Shown here one piece after another: positions 39,476 through 49,735 of a DNA stretch of 64,000 bases. Positions within the stretch are counted from its first letter, which is position 1. Every line of letters begins with the position of its first letter. This DNA is from an uncultured Verrucomicrobiae bacterium (lineage in GTDB: Bacteria; Verrucomicrobiota; Verrucomicrobiia; Chthoniobacterales; JAFAMB01). The DNA is taken from positions 800,001 through 864,000 of the forward strand of contig CAVXLD010000001.1 of the NCBI GenBank assembly GCA_963762565.1, read 5' to 3'. The notes below the pieces were generated by a model. It made no database searches and was not told the DNA's origin. It saw only the letters and a list, made by a program, of their open reading frames with translations. Position numbers and translations under genes: made by a program.

Positions 39476-39575
39476 TTGACAAAGAAGGTTCCGTGGCTAT
39501 GCATTAGATCGATCTAATGATTTTGGTGCAGGTAACGAGTGGAGCTTGAGCGCCAAAAATGTTAGATCGATCTAG
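39476..39575 (+). promoter_or_regulatory. Promoter (-35 TTGACA) with two LacI-type palindromic operators
   Basis: TTGACA 39476-39481; CATTAGATCGATCTAATG 39502-39519 (perfect 18-bp palindrome); TAGATCGATCTA 39563-39574. Confidence 0.75.
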
Positions 39576-39577
39576 TT

Positions 39578-40597
39578 ATGATTGATGCTCCCTCCAGAGA
39601 CCGCATCACCTTGCTCGATATCGCTTCCGATGCGGGTGTCTCGCGCGCCACCGTCTCGCTCGTCCTTCGTAACGTCCCTTCTGTCGCACCCTCCACCCGA
39701 AAACGAGTTCTACAGTCTATCGACCGCCTCGGATACGTATACCATCGCGGAGCAGCCAACCTCCGTACCCAACGTTCACACGCCATAGGGCTGATTGTTT
39801 CGGATATCAGCAATCCGTTCTTTGCCGAGATTATCGTGGCAATCGAAGACTCGCTCGGTTCCGCCGGCTTGGTCACGATTCTAGGCAATACTTCTGAAAA
39901 TCCGGAAAAGCAGCAGCGCCTGCTCAAGTCGCTTTCCGAATACCCGGCTGACGGGATCTTGATCTGTCCGACTCAAGGCTCAATCCGGGGAGCCGGGAAC
40001 TCGGCGAGCCGCCTGCCGCCTGTGGTCGCGTTTACCCGTCCAATGAGCGGCGTAGACTACGCTGGCGTCGACAACGTAACCGGCTCGGAGCTCGCCATCG
40101 ACCATCTCGCAGGATTGGGCCATCGCCATATCGCCTTTATCGGAGGTCCATCTCAACTCTCCACCGCCCAACAGCGCTCTCTCGGCTACCGACAAGGTTT
40201 AGAGAAAAATGGGATTCCTTTTCGAGAAGATCTTTTTATCGAACAAGCGCCGAACCGAAAAGGCGGTTTCCAGGGACTGATGGCAGGATTGAGTCGTTCC
40301 CCAGCGCCAACGGCTGCCGTCTGTTTTAACGATGTCGTTGCCCTAGGAGCGATTGAAGCACTTCGCTCCTGCGGTAAACACCCCGGCAAAGATTTCTCGA
40401 TCGTCGGGTTTAACAATATCGCCGACGCCAATTTTGGAGGTTTAACCACCGTTGACACCAGCCCGGCTAAGATCGGCGAAGCAGCCGCAGACCTGTTGCT
40501 GCACCGGATTAAAGAACCCACTGCCCCCCTGCGCCAAGTCATCCTGACCCCGCGCCTGATCGTCCGAGAATCCACTGCCCGGGCACAGAATGAATAG
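39578..40597 (+). CDS. LacI-family transcriptional regulator
   Basis: TLLDIASDAGVSRATVSLVL HTH, NPFFAEI, FNDVVALG, LIVREST. Confidence 0.96.
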   Translation: MIDAPSRDRITLLDIASDAGVSRATVSLVLRNVPSVAPSTRKRVLQSIDRLGYVYHRGAANLRTQRSHAIGLIVSDISNPFFAEIIVAIEDSLGSAGLVTILGNTSENPEKQQRLLKSLSEYPADGILICPTQGSIRGAGNSASRLPPVVAFTRPMSGVDYAGVDNVTGSELAIDHLAGLGHRHIAFIGGPSQLSTAQQRSLGYRQGLEKNGIPFREDLFIEQAPNRKGGFQGLMAGLSRSPAPTAAVCFNDVVALGAIEALRSCGKHPGKDFSIVGFNNIADANFGGLTTVDTSPAKIGEAAADLLLHRIKEPTAPLRQVILTPRLIVRESTARAQNE

Positions 40598-40771
40598 CAA
40601 ATAGCAAATAGCAGATAGCAAATGGCTCTCGCAACAAACCTCACCCTCAGTTCCCCACCGACCACCCGCCACTGCTTACTGCTAACTGCTTACTGCGCCT
40701 GCTGCCCCCAACGCCACTGACCACGCAAGCGCCCCACAAATCACCAATCACCAATCACCTCTCACCTCCTC

Positions 40772-41815
40772 ATGCCCCCCTCCCTTCCTCCGCTCAAATG
40801 GGGCCTAATCGGCGCCAGCGATATTGCCAAGACTCGGATGATTCCGGCCATTCGCTCCCAGGCGGATTCCGCGATCACGGCTGTACTTAGCAGCAGCGCA
40901 GAACGCGCCAGGAGTTATGCGGCGGAGAGCACGATTCCGAAGGCTTATCACGACCTGGATGACTTCCTCCGAGACCCAGACATCAACGTGGTCTACATCA
41001 GTACGACAAACGAACTGCACGCATCCCAAGCAATCGCCGCCGCCAAAGCCGGGAAGCATATCTTATCTGATAAACCTCTAGCGCTGACGCTGGCGGATGC
41101 TGAGGCCATGGTGAACACAGCCAAGGAGAAAAGCCTCGTCTTTGGCACCAACCATCATCTCCGTAACGCTGTCACCCATCGCACCATGCGCCGCCTGATC
41201 AAAGAAGGTGCGATAGGTAAACCGCTAGCAGCTCGAGTCTTTCATGCGGTCTATCTACCCCCGCGCCTGCAAGGGTGGCGGCTCAACCGTCCGGAAGCCG
41301 GAGGAGGCGTCATCCTGGATATAACGGTCCATGATGCGGATACCCTGCATTTCCTTTTGGACGACGACGTTCAAGACGTGGTTGCACGTTCGGCTCAACA
41401 AGGGCTGAGTCAGGGCGACCTAGCTGATGCCGTTATGGGAGTGATGTATTTCCGAAATGGAACCCTGGCGATGTTCCACGACGCTTACACGATTAAGCAT
41501 ACCCAAACCGGCCTCGAAGTTCACGGAACCGAAGGCTCATTGATCGCCAAGAATGTGATGACCCAAGAGCCGGTTGGTGAAGTTTTTCTGTCCAGAGATG
41601 GCGTCGTTTCCGAAGTCGCCCTGGGAACGCGGGAAGACCTGTACGCCCACATCGTGCGCCACTTCAATGACGCCGTCCAAGGCCACGGCCAACCATTCGT
41701 CACCGGCGAAGACGGCATCCGCTCTTTAGCCGTCGGATTAGCAGTACAAGAATCCGCTCATACCGGCCAACGTGTGCCGGTGACGTACTCGTCCGGAGTA
41801 CGAAATAGCAAATAG
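40772..41815 (+). CDS. Gfo/Idh/MocA oxidoreductase, 1,5-anhydro-D-fructose reductase-like
   Basis: WGLIGASDIA, YISTTNELH, GTNHHLRN, GGVILDITVHDAD as recalled for rhizobial Afr. Confidence 0.82.
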   Translation: MPPSLPPLKWGLIGASDIAKTRMIPAIRSQADSAITAVLSSSAERARSYAAESTIPKAYHDLDDFLRDPDINVVYISTTNELHASQAIAAAKAGKHILSDKPLALTLADAEAMVNTAKEKSLVFGTNHHLRNAVTHRTMRRLIKEGAIGKPLAARVFHAVYLPPRLQGWRLNRPEAGGGVILDITVHDADTLHFLLDDDVQDVVARSAQQGLSQGDLADAVMGVMYFRNGTLAMFHDAYTIKHTQTGLEVHGTEGSLIAKNVMTQEPVGEVFLSRDGVVSEVALGTREDLYAHIVRHFNDAVQGHGQPFVTGEDGIRSLAVGLAVQESAHTGQRVPVTYSSGVRNSK

Positions 41816-41895
41816 CAAATAGCAAATGTCACGCCCCCATCGCCTTTTTCCTCCTGCAACTCCTTGAACTCCTGAACTCCTGAACTCCTTAAAGA

Positions 41896-43485
41896 ATGCC
41901 TCGCGCCCGTTTCATCTCCCTTCAAGAAGTCGGCTCCCTGATCCCAGACAACGCAGTGGTATCAGTCAGCTCATCCAGCGGACTCGCTTGTCCTGACGCT
42001 ACCCTCAAAGCGATCGGAGACCATTATCGGCAGACCAACCGGCCGCGCGGATTAACGTCGATTCATCCGATCGCTGCCGGGGATATGTACGGGATCGGCG
42101 GGATCGATCACCTGGCCCAACCCGGCCTCCTGAGAAGAGTGGTGGCCGGCTCACTGCCCAGTGGTCCTAGTTCCATGCCGTCACCTGAGATTTGGAAGTT
42201 GATCATTGAAGATCGCATTGAGGCCTACAACCTGCCGAGTGGGCTCATCTTTCATATGCATCGTGAGGGCGCAGCCCGCCGGCCCGGCGTGCTAAGTAAA
42301 GTCGGGCTGAATACCTTCGTTGACCCACGTCTGCAAGGGGGCGCGATGAACAAATCAACACCGAAAGACTATGTTCAGCTCACCGAGTTTCGCGGTGACG
42401 AATGGCTATTTTATCCGGCTATTTCACCAGACGTTGCCATCATTCGTGGCACTACCGCCGACGAGCGTGGAAATATTTCGATGGAAAACGAAGGCGCCTA
42501 CCTTGGCGCGCTGGATCAAGCGATTGCCGCGCGCAACGCCGGAGGCATTATCATCGCGCAAGTCAAACGCTTGTGTGCGAATGGCACATTGAAGCCGCAA
42601 ACCGTCAGAGTTCCCGGCATGTTGGTCGACTACGTGGTGGTCGATCCGGAACAGAAACAAACCACGCAGACTGTCTATGACCCGGCGATCAGCGGCGAAA
42701 TTTTCCGGCCGGAGAGCAGCTTCAAAGAGACAGAATGGGGACTAGACAAAGTGATTGCCCGCCGGGCCGCCATGGAGCTGGTACAAGATGATGCCGTCAA
42801 CCTTGGCTTCGGCATCTCGGCGCTGGTGCCGCGCATTTTGTTGGAAGAAGGACTTCATGGCGAGGTGACCTGGGTAATCGAACAAGGGCCGGTCGGCGGC
42901 ATGCCGCTTCTGGGGTTCGCTTTCGGTTGCGCATCGAACGCTGATGCTATTATGGCGTCGCCAGATCAATTCACTTACTTCCAAGGCGGCGGCTTTGATC
43001 GAAGCTACCTCTCTTTTCTACAGGTCGACGGCGAGGGGAACGTCAACGTCTCGCGCTTAGCCTCCCGGCCCCACGTCACTGCGGGAGTCGGCGGGTTTAT
43101 TGATATCACCGCACATGCCAAAGCCATTGTGTTTTGCGGGTATTTTACAGCGGGCGGAATCGACCAACAGATTGAAGCCGGCCAACTGCGGATTCGAAAA
43201 GAAGGCAAGAGCCGTAAGTTCGTCGAGCAGGTAGAGCACGTCACCTTCAGCGGGAAGCGAGCCCGGCAACAGGGGCAGGAGGTTCTCTTCGTAACGGAGC
43301 GAGCAGTGTTAGAGCTCCAACCGGAAGGACTGACCGTCGTCGAAATTGCACCGGGTATCGATCTGAAACGCGACGTTCTACAACAGGCTGATACCAAGTT
43401 ACGAGTCAGTCCTAATCTGAAGGTAATGGATCCGGAACTATTCGAGCCGAAAAAGCTCGGACTGCAACTGAGGGCACGGAAATGA
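41896..43485 (+). CDS. Family I acyl-CoA:acetate CoA-transferase (YdiF/Pct-like, fused subunits)
   Basis: GLNTFVDPR, NLGFGI, catalytic EQG, GNVNVS, GGFIDIT. Confidence 0.9.
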   Translation: MPRARFISLQEVGSLIPDNAVVSVSSSSGLACPDATLKAIGDHYRQTNRPRGLTSIHPIAAGDMYGIGGIDHLAQPGLLRRVVAGSLPSGPSSMPSPEIWKLIIEDRIEAYNLPSGLIFHMHREGAARRPGVLSKVGLNTFVDPRLQGGAMNKSTPKDYVQLTEFRGDEWLFYPAISPDVAIIRGTTADERGNISMENEGAYLGALDQAIAARNAGGIIIAQVKRLCANGTLKPQTVRVPGMLVDYVVVDPEQKQTTQTVYDPAISGEIFRPESSFKETEWGLDKVIARRAAMELVQDDAVNLGFGISALVPRILLEEGLHGEVTWVIEQGPVGGMPLLGFAFGCASNADAIMASPDQFTYFQGGGFDRSYLSFLQVDGEGNVNVSRLASRPHVTAGVGGFIDITAHAKAIVFCGYFTAGGIDQQIEAGQLRIRKEGKSRKFVEQVEHVTFSGKRARQQGQEVLFVTERAVLELQPEGLTVVEIAPGIDLKRDVLQQADTKLRVSPNLKVMDPELFEPKKLGLQLRARK

Positions 43486-43761
43486 AGATGCGCCTGCAAC
43501 TCCACTGGGGAGGGATCGCGTCCCGACTTCGCAAGGCCTACGTCGCGGCCAGGTCCAATGGTGTCATTGAACCAGAGGCCAGGGCGCGCCATAGCGAAGC
43601 GGCGGCGGCCTTGCGATCCTCGAATAGAGCTAGAATTGTCGACATAACCACGCGCTCGACCGGAGCTATAAATCGGTTCCGCAGACATCGGCGCGCGAGG
43701 ATGCGCGCTCTTCCCAGGTTGCATCGCCAATGCCCTCACATCGCTATCTACCCCACCTAAC

Positions 43762-46014
43762 ATGATCAAATCTTCCCCAGGACGGACCGCCTTAAATCCG
43801 CACGACGCCGGGACCTTGGACGCGGTTTTCGAACGGATGTTCCCTGCTGATAACGATGGTCCGGGAGCCACTGAAATTGGAGTTACCGACTATGTAGATA
43901 AGGCGCTCACCACCGCTTATTCTCATCTCCAACCCCTGTATAGGGCGGGGCTAGTCGCGCTCGACCGCGAGACGCTCGCCCGGTCGGGAAAGCCCTTCAA
44001 GGCAGCCAGTCCGACCGAGCAAGACCAGATCATCCAAGCTCTAGAAAGAAATGACCTTCAGTCTTGCCCGGATTTCCTCGCCAGAGAGTTCTACGAAACT
44101 TTGCGCACCCATTTGCAAGAAGGTTTGTTTGCCGATCCGATGCACGGTGGTAACAAAGAAAAATCCGGTTGGAAGCTCATAAAGCATCCCGGTGTTTGGC
44201 TCGAGAATTCGGCGGAAGAGAACCTGATGGAAACCGCTGCCAATAAGGGCGGTCGCTATCAATCTTTGTCCGACCTAGGTTCGAGTTGGCAAATACCGGC
44301 TCCTGATATCCCTGGGTTCGATCCGTTAAGAGGCCAAGCTCCGCCCGCGAAAGAGGTTGACGTCATTCTCGTCGGCGTAGGTTCCATGAACTCGATTGTG
44401 GCGCCGATACTGGCTGAGGCCGGTCTAAAAGTGATCGGCCTTGAGCCCGGGCCTTTCCGCTGTGGGGCCGACTATTTCCCTGACGAGCTGGGGTCGGCTT
44501 ACTATTGCCGGGCATTAATGGGGCCAAAGTTCGGCGCTGAGATCCCGCGCTGGCGGAGAAATGATTTAGAACCCACTCGCGAAGCCACCTTCTCTTTGGG
44601 GCGGATGATGAACAGCGTCGGAGGCTCGATCATCCATTACGGAGCTTGGATGCGCCGCTTTCATCGGCATCATTTCCGGATGCGCAGCTATGTCGTGGAT
44701 CGTTGGGGTGCAAATGCGATACCGGCCGGCTGTTCGCTGACAGACTGGCCAGTTTCATACGAAGACCTCGAACCGTTCTATTGTGATCTAGAGCACGCCA
44801 TCGGTATCGCCGGAGACGAAACCAATCCGTTCGTCAAACGTTCGCGATCGCTACCAATGCCGCCCATGCGACCGTTCCGGCTAGGAGAAATTTTTAGCCG
44901 CACAACCCGATCCCTAGGTTTGCACCCGCACCCGGTCGGCGCAGGCATGAATACGGTCCCCTATCGAGGCCGGCCAGCTTCGACTTACACCGCATGGAAT
45001 AACGGGTTCGGCTCATCCACCGGGGACAAATGGGATCCGTCGCTGGATTGTGTGCCCCGTGCTTTGGCCACCGGAAATTTCGACCTACGAACCGGCTGCC
45101 GCGTGATCAGGGTCCTGACAGACGAGACCGGTCATGCTGCCGGAGTGGATTATGTCGATGCTTTAGGACGCCACCAAACTCAGCCCGGGCGCACTGTCAT
45201 CCTCGGCGCGTATACCTTCGAGAATATCCGCCTGATGTTTTTGTCAGGCGGCGGAAAACATCCGACCGGCATTGGCAATCAGCGCAGCCAGCTTGGGCGC
45301 TATTTCATGACCAAGATGTTCGCTCACGTCGACGGCTTCTTCCCAAACACCATTTTTAATCGGCACACCGGACCCGCCGCCCAAGGAGTTGTGTTGGACG
45401 ATTTTTTGTCCCCAGATTTTGATTCGCTAAATGAAGGCTTTATCGGCGGAGCCACCCTAGGCGCAGAACAGCAATTCCTTCCGATCCAGATCAGCCGGGA
45501 AGCGCTTCCCAGCGATGTTAAGGCCTGGGGTCAGTCCTATCGCGACCACCTGAAACAGTGGCAACATTTCGGAGTAGTTCGTATCCAGCCCGACGCGCTG
45601 CCTTATCACACGAATTACCTCGCCCTTGACCCGGTGCATCGAGACAAGAGCGGGCTCGGACTTCCGGTCTTACGGATCACCTACGATCTTCAACAGAACG
45701 AGCGGAAGCTGGCAGACTGGATGGAACGCAAGTCGGAGGAAATTCTGCGAGCGATGGGCGCAACCAAGACCTGGCGTGGCGCCAGCTTTACCGGGGTTGG
45801 CAGTAGCCATGACTTTGGCGGAGCTAGAATGGGCGAGAACCCTGAAACCAGCGTCGTGAACCGCGACCTGGAAGTTCATGATGCTCCGGGCGTGTACGTT
45901 TTCAGCGGGGCGACTTTTCCGACCTGCATTGGGATCAACCCGACGCTAACTCTGGCCGCCGTCTGCTGCCGAGCGGCCACTCAGCTTGTTAAGAAACTGA
46001 AAGGATGGCAATGA
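43762..46014 (+). CDS. Fusion of gluconate 2-dehydrogenase subunit-3-like domain and GMC flavoprotein
   Basis: N-part PGATEIGVTDYVD, EGLFADPMHGGN..GWKLI.HPG; C-part VGVGSM, VGGSIIHY, H.FGGARMG, NPTLTL. Confidence 0.85.
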   Translation: MIKSSPGRTALNPHDAGTLDAVFERMFPADNDGPGATEIGVTDYVDKALTTAYSHLQPLYRAGLVALDRETLARSGKPFKAASPTEQDQIIQALERNDLQSCPDFLAREFYETLRTHLQEGLFADPMHGGNKEKSGWKLIKHPGVWLENSAEENLMETAANKGGRYQSLSDLGSSWQIPAPDIPGFDPLRGQAPPAKEVDVILVGVGSMNSIVAPILAEAGLKVIGLEPGPFRCGADYFPDELGSAYYCRALMGPKFGAEIPRWRRNDLEPTREATFSLGRMMNSVGGSIIHYGAWMRRFHRHHFRMRSYVVDRWGANAIPAGCSLTDWPVSYEDLEPFYCDLEHAIGIAGDETNPFVKRSRSLPMPPMRPFRLGEIFSRTTRSLGLHPHPVGAGMNTVPYRGRPASTYTAWNNGFGSSTGDKWDPSLDCVPRALATGNFDLRTGCRVIRVLTDETGHAAGVDYVDALGRHQTQPGRTVILGAYTFENIRLMFLSGGGKHPTGIGNQRSQLGRYFMTKMFAHVDGFFPNTIFNRHTGPAAQGVVLDDFLSPDFDSLNEGFIGGATLGAEQQFLPIQISREALPSDVKAWGQSYRDHLKQWQHFGVVRIQPDALPYHTNYLALDPVHRDKSGLGLPVLRITYDLQQNERKLADWMERKSEEILRAMGATKTWRGASFTGVGSSHDFGGARMGENPETSVVNRDLEVHDAPGVYVFSGATFPTCIGINPTLTLAAVCCRAATQLVKKLKGWQ

Positions 46015-46781
46015 GCATCGCGCCAAAAATCCTTCTGCAAATGGAAGGAGCGATCGGACGGATCACCCTTAACCGGTCGGAAAAGTTGAACGCACTGGAT
46101 CCTGAGATGCTGACCCAGCTGGAAGTCGCGGCCAACACACTGGAAGCGAGTCCGGAAGTGCGAGTCGTGATACTCGACAGTGCCAGCGAACGCGCTTTCT
46201 GCGTTGGCGCAGATATTGGCGCCTGGACCGCTCTCACCCCGCTCGAAATGTGGTCCACTTGGAATCGGAGAGGACACCAGGTGTTCGACCGGCTCGCACA
46301 ACTTCGCCAACCTGTGATTGCTTTGTTGCGAGGATTCGCATTCGGCGGCGGGCTTGAGCTCGCACTCACAGCCGATATCCGAATCGCAACCGAACAGGCG
46401 ACATTTGCCATGCCTGAAGTCAAACTAGCCACCGTCCCCGGCTGGGCCGGCACTTTTCGTTTGCCGCAAATCATTGGCCGCCCTCGCGCCAAGCAAATGA
46501 TCTTCTCCGGCGCCCCGATCGGTGCACACCGGGCTGAACAATGGGGCCTCGTCAACGAGGTGGTATCCGATCCTGACGCTCGAGGCCGAGAACTTAGTGA
46601 TCTGATCTGCCACAATGCGCCGATCTCTGTACAAATCGCGAAACAACTGGTGAATAGCGACGCGTCCAACGCGCTGGCGCTTGAATCCTTGGCCGGAGCA
46701 GTCACAGCCGCCACTGCCGACGCCGCTGAAGGACTAGCGAGTTTCCAGGAAAAACGACCTCCTCAGTTCAAAGGAAATTAA
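46011..46781 (+). CDS. Enoyl-CoA hydratase/isomerase (crotonase family)
   Basis: AFCVGADI, GGGLELAL, FAMPEV; ATGA overlap with the upstream gene. Confidence 0.92.
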   Translation: MSIAPKILLQMEGAIGRITLNRSEKLNALDPEMLTQLEVAANTLEASPEVRVVILDSASERAFCVGADIGAWTALTPLEMWSTWNRRGHQVFDRLAQLRQPVIALLRGFAFGGGLELALTADIRIATEQATFAMPEVKLATVPGWAGTFRLPQIIGRPRAKQMIFSGAPIGAHRAEQWGLVNEVVSDPDARGRELSDLICHNAPISVQIAKQLVNSDASNALALESLAGAVTAATADAAEGLASFQEKRPPQFKGN

Positions 46782-46827
46782 GCGAACGACAGAAAATGAA
46801 TAGCCCCAAAAGAGCGCAAACGAATTT

Positions 46828-47074
46828 TGGTAGGGCGAGGCTCCCAAATAACCCCGATCCTAAGCAAGGGCCTGCGCACATTTTTAAACTGGCGTGCGCA
46901 TCGACTAAAATCTCGCCGAGCCGTGGCATCGCTGTCTCCTGGGTTGTGCGTAGACGATTCTCGCGGCGAAATCAGGGGAACGGCTCGGCAGCGCTCGACA
47001 TCGGACGCCATGGATCCTACCCGGCGTTGTTCGTTGCGAAACCTTTTCGAACGTTCCGGAGCCTCGCCCTACCA
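46828..47074. repeat. REPIN-like element inside the operon
   Basis: TGGTAGGGCGAGGCTCC ... TCCGGAGCCTCGCCCTACCA. Confidence 0.8.
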
Positions 47075-47090
47075 AACCCCACCTCCTCCC

Positions 47091-48587
47091 ATGACTAACT
47101 TACTACCCGAAACCCATTTCACCTACTCAATGTGGATCGATGGCCGGGCTACGCCGGCCCAGAGTGGTCAAACATTCAGTCGCGAAAGCCCGGCCCATGG
47201 GGTCAAGATCGGTGAATACCCTTTGGCTGCCGCGGCTGATGTAGATGCTGCTGTCGCCGCAGCTCGGCGTGCTTTTGACATCGGCTCATGGCCACACTTG
47301 CCTGGGGCTGAACGCGCGAAAGTGCTCTTGCGCGTGGCCGAGTTAATTCGCGCCAACAAAGAGGAATTCGCCCTCATTGAAACCCTGGAAAGCGGCAAAC
47401 CGATAAAACAAGCTCGAGATGAAATGGAATGGAGCGCCGCCCTGTGGGACTACGCCGCCGCGCTCTGCCGCCATCTTCATGGAGATAGCTACAATACCCT
47501 TGGCGCCCAGGTGCTGGGATTAACTATCCGGGAACCAATCGGTGTAGTTGGGATGATTACACCATGGAATTTTCCGTTATTGATCATCAGCCAGAAACTG
47601 CCTTTCGCGCTGGCTGCGGGTTGCACCTGCGTTGTCAAACCCAGTGAACTCACTCCGGGTACTACCTTGCGATTGGGAGCGCTTCTGACCGAAGCAGGGT
47701 TACCTGCCGGAGCACTGAGTATCATCAGCGGTTACGGCGAGCCCGCCGGCGCCCGGTTATCAGAACATCCGGATATCGATATGATCTCGTTTACCGGTTC
47801 CACCGAGGTCGGCAAAGCGGTGGTTGGCTCTTCGAAAAGCAACCTGAAGAAGGTCGAACTGGAGCTTGGCGGCAAGAATCCCCATATCGTCTTTGCCGAT
47901 GCCGACCTGGAAGCCGCTCTTGATGCAGTGGTGTTCGGCGTCTGCTTCAACATGGGCGAATGCTGTAACAGCGGTAGCCGCTTACTCGTCCAACGTTCGA
48001 TTGCGGACGATTTTATAAATCGTGTGATCGAAACCGCTAAGAAGATACCGGTTGGCGACCCGCTCGATGAGCAAACCAAGATCGGCGCCATCATCGATGG
48101 AAACCAATTTGAAAAGATCCTTGGTTACATCGAGTCGGGGAGTCGGGACGGCGCCCGATTGAGGTTAGGCGGAAAAGCATTGAACCGCGAAGACGGCCGG
48201 TTCGTCGAAGCCACCATCTTCGACGAAGTGCGACCGGAAATGCCGATCGCTAAAGAGGAGATTTTCGGCCCGGTATTATCAATTCTGACCTTCGATACCA
48301 CAGAAGAAGCGATTCGGATCGCCAATGATACCATCTACGGTCTTTCTGCCGGGGTTTGGACCCGGGACATCGACACTGCGTTTACCGTCAGCCGTAGAAT
48401 TCGAGCTGGTACCATCTGGATCAACACCTTTATGGATGGTTACCCGGAGCTCTGCTTTGGCGGATTCAACCAAAGCGGCTTAGGTCGCGAGCTCGGCAGA
48501 TTCTCGATCGAAGAATTCACTGAACTGAAAACCGTCCAGGTCCATCTCGGACCGAGGACCAGCTGGTGGGCTAAAGGAACGCCGTGA
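47091..48587 (+). CDS. NAD(P)-dependent aldehyde dehydrogenase (sorbosone dehydrogenase-like)
   Basis: PWNFP, FTGSTEVG, ELGGKNP, catalytic GECCNSG, EEIFGPV. Confidence 0.93.
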   Translation: MTNLLPETHFTYSMWIDGRATPAQSGQTFSRESPAHGVKIGEYPLAAAADVDAAVAAARRAFDIGSWPHLPGAERAKVLLRVAELIRANKEEFALIETLESGKPIKQARDEMEWSAALWDYAAALCRHLHGDSYNTLGAQVLGLTIREPIGVVGMITPWNFPLLIISQKLPFALAAGCTCVVKPSELTPGTTLRLGALLTEAGLPAGALSIISGYGEPAGARLSEHPDIDMISFTGSTEVGKAVVGSSKSNLKKVELELGGKNPHIVFADADLEAALDAVVFGVCFNMGECCNSGSRLLVQRSIADDFINRVIETAKKIPVGDPLDEQTKIGAIIDGNQFEKILGYIESGSRDGARLRLGGKALNREDGRFVEATIFDEVRPEMPIAKEEIFGPVLSILTFDTTEEAIRIANDTIYGLSAGVWTRDIDTAFTVSRRIRAGTIWINTFMDGYPELCFGGFNQSGLGRELGRFSIEEFTELKTVQVHLGPRTSWWAKGTP

Positions 48588-49702
48588 ATTCTAACGACCT
48601 AACGTTCCAAGCTACCCGCGCTTTCGAATTTGCGGAGACTCAGCTCCGTAAACTGGTCACAAATCACCCCGGCTATTTCCCGCTCTTTACTAAGGCAGGC
48701 AAATGGAGACATGAATCCGAGAGCTGGACGAACTGGTGTGAAGGCTTTCTGGGAGGAATGCTCTGGATACTAGCAAGGCGAACCGGAGAGACCTGGTGGC
48801 GGACCAAGGCGGAAGAGTATTCCAGGTTAATTGAGGATCGGAAATTTGATCGCACGGTGCATGACCTTGGTTTCCTATTCTTACCAACGTGGAAGGTTTG
48901 GTATGAGCAAACCGGAGACAAAAACATTCGCAGCACGGTGCTGACCGCGGGCGAAACCCTGGCCGGCAGGTTTCAAGAAAAGGGCGGATATCTGTGCTCA
49001 TTTGTAGCGCCGGAAAGCCTGTTCATCGACATCATGATGAACGTCGAGATTATTTTCTATGCAGCTCAGGAGCTGGGCGATCAAAGACTCAAAGAGATCG
49101 CGTTAAAACATTGTCTAACCACCCGCCGCTTTCTAGTCCGCGGCGACGGCAGCACAGCGCACGAAGGGATCTTTGATTTAAACTCCGGCGCATTTTTGTG
49201 CCAGAGCACGCACCAAGGCTGGCGGGGTGATTCGAGCTGGGCACGTGGACAGGCCTGGGCCATGGGCGGGTTCACCGCGGCATTTAAATACACTAGAGAC
49301 CCTAGGTTCCTGGATACCGCTATCGCGACAGCTAACTATTTCATTCAGCGCACCCCGGCCCACGGTGTTCCTCCCAATGATTGGGATCAACCAGTCCCCC
49401 AAATACCCTACGAAAGCTCCGCTGCAGCTATTGCCGCCGGAGGCCTTCTAGATTTGGCTCAGCAAGTGCCTGATTCCAGCCTGGCCCAACGGTATCGTGA
49501 ACGAGCCAAGCAGACCTTGACTACCCTGTTAAGCAAGGAATTTCTCGCGACCGATCACCCCGAATGGGAAGGGATCCTTCTGCACGGTATCTATCACGAA
49601 CGCAAAGGGTTAGGTGTTGATGAAAGCGTGATGTGGGGTGATTACTTTTTTCTCGCCGCTTTAGATAAGCTGCTGCAGAATGCCGATTCTTCGTCGGTTT
49701 GA
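48584..49702 (+). CDS. GH88 unsaturated glucuronyl hydrolase-like
   Basis: HDLGF, IDIMMN, SSWARGQAW, WGDYFF. Confidence 0.87.
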   Translation: MNSNDLTFQATRAFEFAETQLRKLVTNHPGYFPLFTKAGKWRHESESWTNWCEGFLGGMLWILARRTGETWWRTKAEEYSRLIEDRKFDRTVHDLGFLFLPTWKVWYEQTGDKNIRSTVLTAGETLAGRFQEKGGYLCSFVAPESLFIDIMMNVEIIFYAAQELGDQRLKEIALKHCLTTRRFLVRGDGSTAHEGIFDLNSGAFLCQSTHQGWRGDSSWARGQAWAMGGFTAAFKYTRDPRFLDTAIATANYFIQRTPAHGVPPNDWDQPVPQIPYESSAAAIAAGGLLDLAQQVPDSSLAQRYRERAKQTLTTLLSKEFLATDHPEWEGILLHGIYHERKGLGVDESVMWGDYFFLAALDKLLQNADSSSV

Positions 49703-49735
49703 ACAAAACCGCCCCCAAAAGCAAAACCCCCAAGA

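Noticed and set aside
43482..43760. 92-aa ORF overlapping the CoA-transferase stop
   Set aside because: Lies almost entirely in the nested repeat 43507-43716; probably spurious despite the ATGA overlap
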